A DNA stretch of 64,000 nucleotides from Eledone cirrhosa. Lineage: Eukaryota. Below are positions 59,428 to 64,000 of this stretch, piece after piece. The notes beneath the pieces are model-generated. The model saw only the letters and a list, made by a program, of their open reading frames with translations, had not been told where the DNA came from and ran no database searches. The stretch is from NCBI GenBank assembly GCA_964016885.1, contig OZ024740.1, positions 367,536,001-367,600,000 of the forward strand. The letters run 5' to 3'. Within the stretch, counting starts at the first letter, position 1. Every line of letters starts with the position of its first letter. The position numbers and the translations under genes are program-made.

Positions 59428-61971
59428 TACACACAAAATAGGGTAGATAACAACAATGAGCCAGTGGAAAGAGACAGGAGTAATTATGAGAGACATAGAA
59501 ACAACCATGAGGCTGTTGGTGGAAATAGAAATAGAAACAACACAACTAACAATAACAATAGCACTAGTACACATAAAGCAGCAGCCTGGAACTCTCCGTT
59601 TTATAATCCCTCCGATAAATCATTCGACCTGCGACGAGTCCACGCCACGACTTTACCATTTAACAAACGCACGCAATTGCCGTCGCAGGTCGATGAATAA
59701 ACAGAAGCACAATTTAGTATAGCTAGATCCGAACTTAGAAATATTATAGAACAGTATAGCAAGAAGCATAATAGAATGGAGGCCCAGCAACTGGGAGAAA
59801 AATCTGCAAATGGCTTGCGTAAGCTCATGCAGCGCTCGCGTAATGGAGAGATAGCATGCTTTCCAACAGACAAGTCTGGCAGAATGTCGGTTGACAGCCT
59901 GCCAAACTACATCCAGGCAATGCAACCCCACATCACTAACACAAGAGAGGTAACACCATAGGAGCATGAGGATAGAGAAAATGCCCCCAATGCCCATATG
60001 GTGATGTGGACGAATATAATGCAGCCCAACAAAAGGACTGCCAACAACTTCCAGGCCTGGAACAATGACGTGCCGGCGTTGTATGGGCTTCAAAAAGACC
60101 ATAAAACGGGCTGTGACCCTGTCGCGGGACCACCAACACGGCCAGTCTGTGGAGCTAACATTGCTAGTAACTACAGACTGTCCTACTTCCTCTCCCTGAT
60201 CATACGCCCCATCATTGAAATGTCCCCAGATGTATGTGACAGGACGGAGGACCTCCTCAGCAGAATCGGCGTGAGTAACCGATCTGGGGACCTAACAAAC
60301 TGCATAATAGGCAGTATGGATGTTGTGTCCCTGTATCCATCTTTTGACGTGGATTTTGCTGTGGAGAAGTGCGTAGAAATGATCAGTGAGAGCAAGGTTG
60401 AGTTCCGTGGGATTGATACCAGTGAGCTGGGACTCCTACTTAAGCTTACCTATAGTAATAGTTACCTAGACACATATGACCTTAGCAACCTGTGCCCTAC
60501 AAGACCAGCAAGAGGCAGACCACCTACCATTACCTCAATGGCCAAGAAAACCCACACAGATAGATGGAACGGGTGGACCAGAGTCATACGGACACCCGAA
60601 AACCACGATGAACTGAAGAAAATGATTGCACATGCGCTAGGGGCCAGCATAACACTAACCCTTAAGGAACATATGTTCAAATTTAATGGAAAAACATATG
60701 CCCAAGAGGAAGGAGCAGCCATTGGTGTTAGCATTGCGAGCGACATAGCTAACTTATTCATGGTATGGTGGGACAGTAGACTTAAACTTAAACTTAAAGA
60801 ACAATTAGAAGACCCCTTAACCCTGATAATGTACTCCCGCTACGTAGATGATATAAACATCGTAGTTAAGACACCCCCACTAGAGAACAGTCAGGAACTA
60901 GAGAAAAACACAATGGAAAGCATCCAGCAAATAGCAAACTCCATCCACCAGAGCATTAGAGTTACTATAGACTACCCAAGTAAACACCCCAACCATCGAT
61001 TACCTGTACTAGACACAGAGCTCTGGTTAGATACCATTAACAACAAAAAACAAATCCTCCATTCCCATTATGCCAAACCCATGACTTCCAAACATCTGAT
61101 CCACCGAAACACGGCCATTTCGGACCATACCAAAATCAACATACTGATTGCTGATTTATTACGGGTGATGAGAAATGTGTCCCGCATGTGCAACCCTGAA
61201 GAACTAGAGAGACACATACAACACTTCATCCACCGTATGCAGTTCTATGGCTACAATCAGAGAGATAGAATCAGAGTGTATAGAGGAGCCAGAACCAAAT
61301 GGGGAAAAATGGTAAATAATGAGTTAAATGGGACCTGCCCCTTGTATAGGAGCAAATTTTGAAATAGAATAGAAAGAACTAGGAACAAGGCTAATAGAAT
61401 AAACTCATGGTATGATAGCAATAAATACCAGAGTATAATGTTCCTCGATACAACCCCTAGAGGCGAACTAGCTTACAAATTTAGAAGGGCCCTAAATAAA
61501 CATAAACTCAATATTAAGATAGCAGAAAGACCAGGTACCTCCGTAAAAACACTTATTAGCAAGACATACCCTTTTCAAAGACCCTCATGTATAGATAAGA
61601 AATGTATAACCTGTAAAATAAGCCCCCATAATAACTGTAAAACTAGAAATGTAGTGTATAGCATAAGATGTACTGAAGGACAATGTAGAGACACAAATAT
61701 AGTGTACATAGGTGAGACAGCTCGTAGTGTAGGGGAACGGATAAATGAACACTGGCGAGACCTTCAAGATAATAAAGAATCATCTGTACTCTACCAACAC
61801 GCTAAGATAGAACACAAGGGTAAATTAGAGAAAATAGAAATAAAAATAGAATCTACACACAGAAAAGACGCAATGTTTAGACAAATTACAGAGGCAATAA
61901 ACATAAAAGAATTACAACCAAAATTAAATAGAAAATATGAGTGGAACAGCAACATCACAACTTACAATTAA
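59428..61971 (+). pseudogene. PLE RT/GIY-YIG polyprotein, about 850 codons in one frame with three nonsense codons (TAA 59698, TAG 59959, TGA 61360)
   Basis: PTDKSG; ALYGLQKDHK; PTRPV; GSMDVVSLYPS; QEEGAAIG; RYVDDI; LPVLD; YAKPM; CIDKKCITC; VVY..C..C..YIGET. Confidence 0.9.
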
Positions 61972-62171
61972 AGACAAAATGAAAACACACACACACATAG
62001 AACAAACAACCAACCAGTAACATGTAAATAAACAAATAGATAAATGAACATAAACACACACAGACACCCGGATGTGGCGCATGCGCAGACTGAGCACACA
62101 ACACACACACAGAAACAAAATGGCGTAGGACAGAACAAAGGAGAGGCACAGAAACAAAGAAAGAAATCCCC

Positions 62172-62216
62172 AGTCACTGAAGAGGTCACAGAGTGTGTTA
62201 CGAAATAACTATGACT
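62172..62216 (+). ncRNA. Minimal type I hammerhead in the 3' pLTR (family K), sense to the PLE ORF
   Basis: AGTCA-CTGAAGA-G-GTCACA..TGTTAC-GAAA-TAAC-TA-TGACT. Confidence 0.75.
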
Positions 62217-62492
62217 ATATATAAACAACTATCTGGTTGTGGAACCAACCAACCAACCAACCAGAAATTTATAAATTTGTAAATTTATAAATATATAATA
62301 AATTGAATTGAAAGCATCTGGTGCGTGTGTTTCTTATTGGCAACATGACCCTCCCAAAGTATAACAATATCGGTTTCAACACACGATTTCAGATAAAGAA
62401 TCTTGCTAAACAAATTCAGAAACGAAATATATATATATATATATATATATATACTGAGGGGCATATGTGCAATATGACCCTCCCCAAGTATA

Positions 62493-62584
<92 letters not shown>

Positions 62585-62589
62585 ATAAC

Positions 62590-63108
62590 GAAGGAAATGT
62601 GGTAAGGAACCAGGTGGACCATAACGCACCAAACAACTCAATACTTAGGGTAGTAGAGTGGGTAATAGGAACCAGTAGGACCCCGACGGCTGAGCTCAAG
62701 CCGTTTCGACGGCTAATTCTGGACTAAATGAAAATTTATCCTGGTATTTAAATAGCCGAGCTTCTCAAGGGGTAATTCCTTATATTGTCAAAGTGATTGT
62801 CACAATGATTGGTCACAAGTTAGTAGTAATTCTGTGATGGCAAATTAGTGGGGGAAGGGGTAGCTAAACCTGCCAGTAGGAGAAAAAGGGGGAGAGGGTG
62901 GATGAGACCCATTCATGCGTTGGTGGTGCCGGCTACAGCTGGGCGTGAGGTCAAAGAAGATACTAGGGAGGGGGGGGGGAAGTCGAAACGGTAAGTAGAA
63001 CAATGATGGTAAAAATATATATAAAAAAAATACTGAGAGTGATAAAAAACGAATAAATGTAAAGAAAAAAATAAGCAATTTCTACGACCTAAGTCTTTCG
63101 CTATTGCT

Positions 63109-63140
<32 letters not shown>

Positions 63141-64000
63141 AAAGTGAAAAATAAAAAAATAATAAATAAATAAACTAGGTGGGACGGAATAGGAAAGGAC
63201 CCTTTTAAGAGGTATAAGTACGTATATCATACGGTGAAGGGTCAACAATGGGGGGGGGGGGGCCCAAAATACTAAAGAAACTACCACGAAATAATTAATA
63301 AAGGTTTCAACCCCAGGCACAAGGCCAGCAACCACTCAGTGCAGAAAAGTAAGCTAGTACGAAATAATAATTCAGAGTCCCGGAAAAAAATATACTAATG
63401 CTAACTCTAAGGGTACCGCCACGCTACAAAAGTTCTTATACAAGCTACATGAAAGTTCGTACGAAGTAAAAGTAGAATACGGAAAATTAATTCAGAATCC
63501 ACCCCGCCCAAAAGAAAAGAGAAGAAAGAAATACTGAATAAATGAGAAATTAAGGCAAGGATGCCACTAAGAAATATAGAAGGCACGGAAAAAAATGACA
63601 GCGGTCGGATAAGGTGGCAAGTATACGAGGTCTAACACAACTGCTATAAAAAGCGGAGTCCGCCCCGCCAAATCTATCGTAGACTAGGGGAGGGGGTGGG
63701 GGTACTGAGGCTACAAGAGGCCGAGAGGCTCCCTCGGGTGGGCGAGAGAAAGACGCCGACAAAGAAAAAGAACTGGGGTAGGAGGACTAGGGAGGGATGG
63801 GGAAGAAGGAAATATAGAGGAAGTGATAAAAGAATATAAAAGATCTTACGTCTCCCTTGGTAAGCAGGGGTTACCCATTACAAAATCGGCAAGTGGGGTG
63901 TTATAGCCCTAGTCTACGCCCCCCTGGTAATTATGGGGTTTGAGGGCGAGGTAAGTCCTACGCAATATGTGTTTACGTTCAGTAACCAGTTCATCTTTCT
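62590..64000 (-). mobile_element. Longest family F copy (probable PLE 3' region, may run off the window), HHR-like motif at 62680-62773
   Basis: Shares its terminus with the 26.3, 45.5, 47.2 and 49.5 kb fragments; extent beyond about 62800 is uncertain. Confidence 0.5.

Larger units (their letters stand above)
59077..62428 (+). mobile_element. Penelope-like element (tentatively Naiad/Neptune-like), near-complete, with a 5' inverted pLTR, inserted in (TA)n
   Basis: RT + GIY-YIG in one frame; 59077-59427 inverts about 62013-62370; HHRs in both pLTRs. Confidence 0.92.

Noticed and set aside
61360-61362. In-frame TGA in the PLE ORF as selenocysteine (reported for some Naiad PLEs)
   Set aside because: The sister copy at about 1683 has TGG (SKFWNR), and the ORF also contains TAA and TAG stops, so this is an ordinary nonsense mutation.
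63900-64000. Possible GIY-YIG C-terminus on the minus strand at the window edge
   Set aside because: Two frames give only vague similarity, and the stretch is too short to call.

Overview
AT-rich eukaryotic DNA full of (TA)n/(CA)n/(GA)n microsatellites, with a 200-N scaffold gap. The SINE family looks like that of Octopus (from recall, not a search). I cannot support any host protein-coding exon. The window is mostly retroelements: a near-complete Penelope-like element (PLE; RT + GIY-YIG, 59.1-62.4 kb) and a truncated sister copy (0.6-2.0 kb), several other PLE remnants, an R4/Dong-like RLE LINE (30.4-34 kb), two L1/Tx1-like copies, RTE and CRE fragments, and tRNA-derived SINEs. The main finding is that nearly every microsatellite-flanked inverted repeat carries a type I hammerhead ribozyme (HHR) motif. 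By eye there are about 10 sequence families and over 20 copies, some degenerate, several with palindromic loop III and two with core variants (U4A; U3-A8). In each fold-back the two HHRs point outward towards the flanking microsatellite. Several non-coding units (about 320, 430 and 465 nt) occur as more-than-unit-length permuted copies, as expected for retrozyme-like circular RNAs mobilised by PLE RT. All folds and family calls were made by eye.
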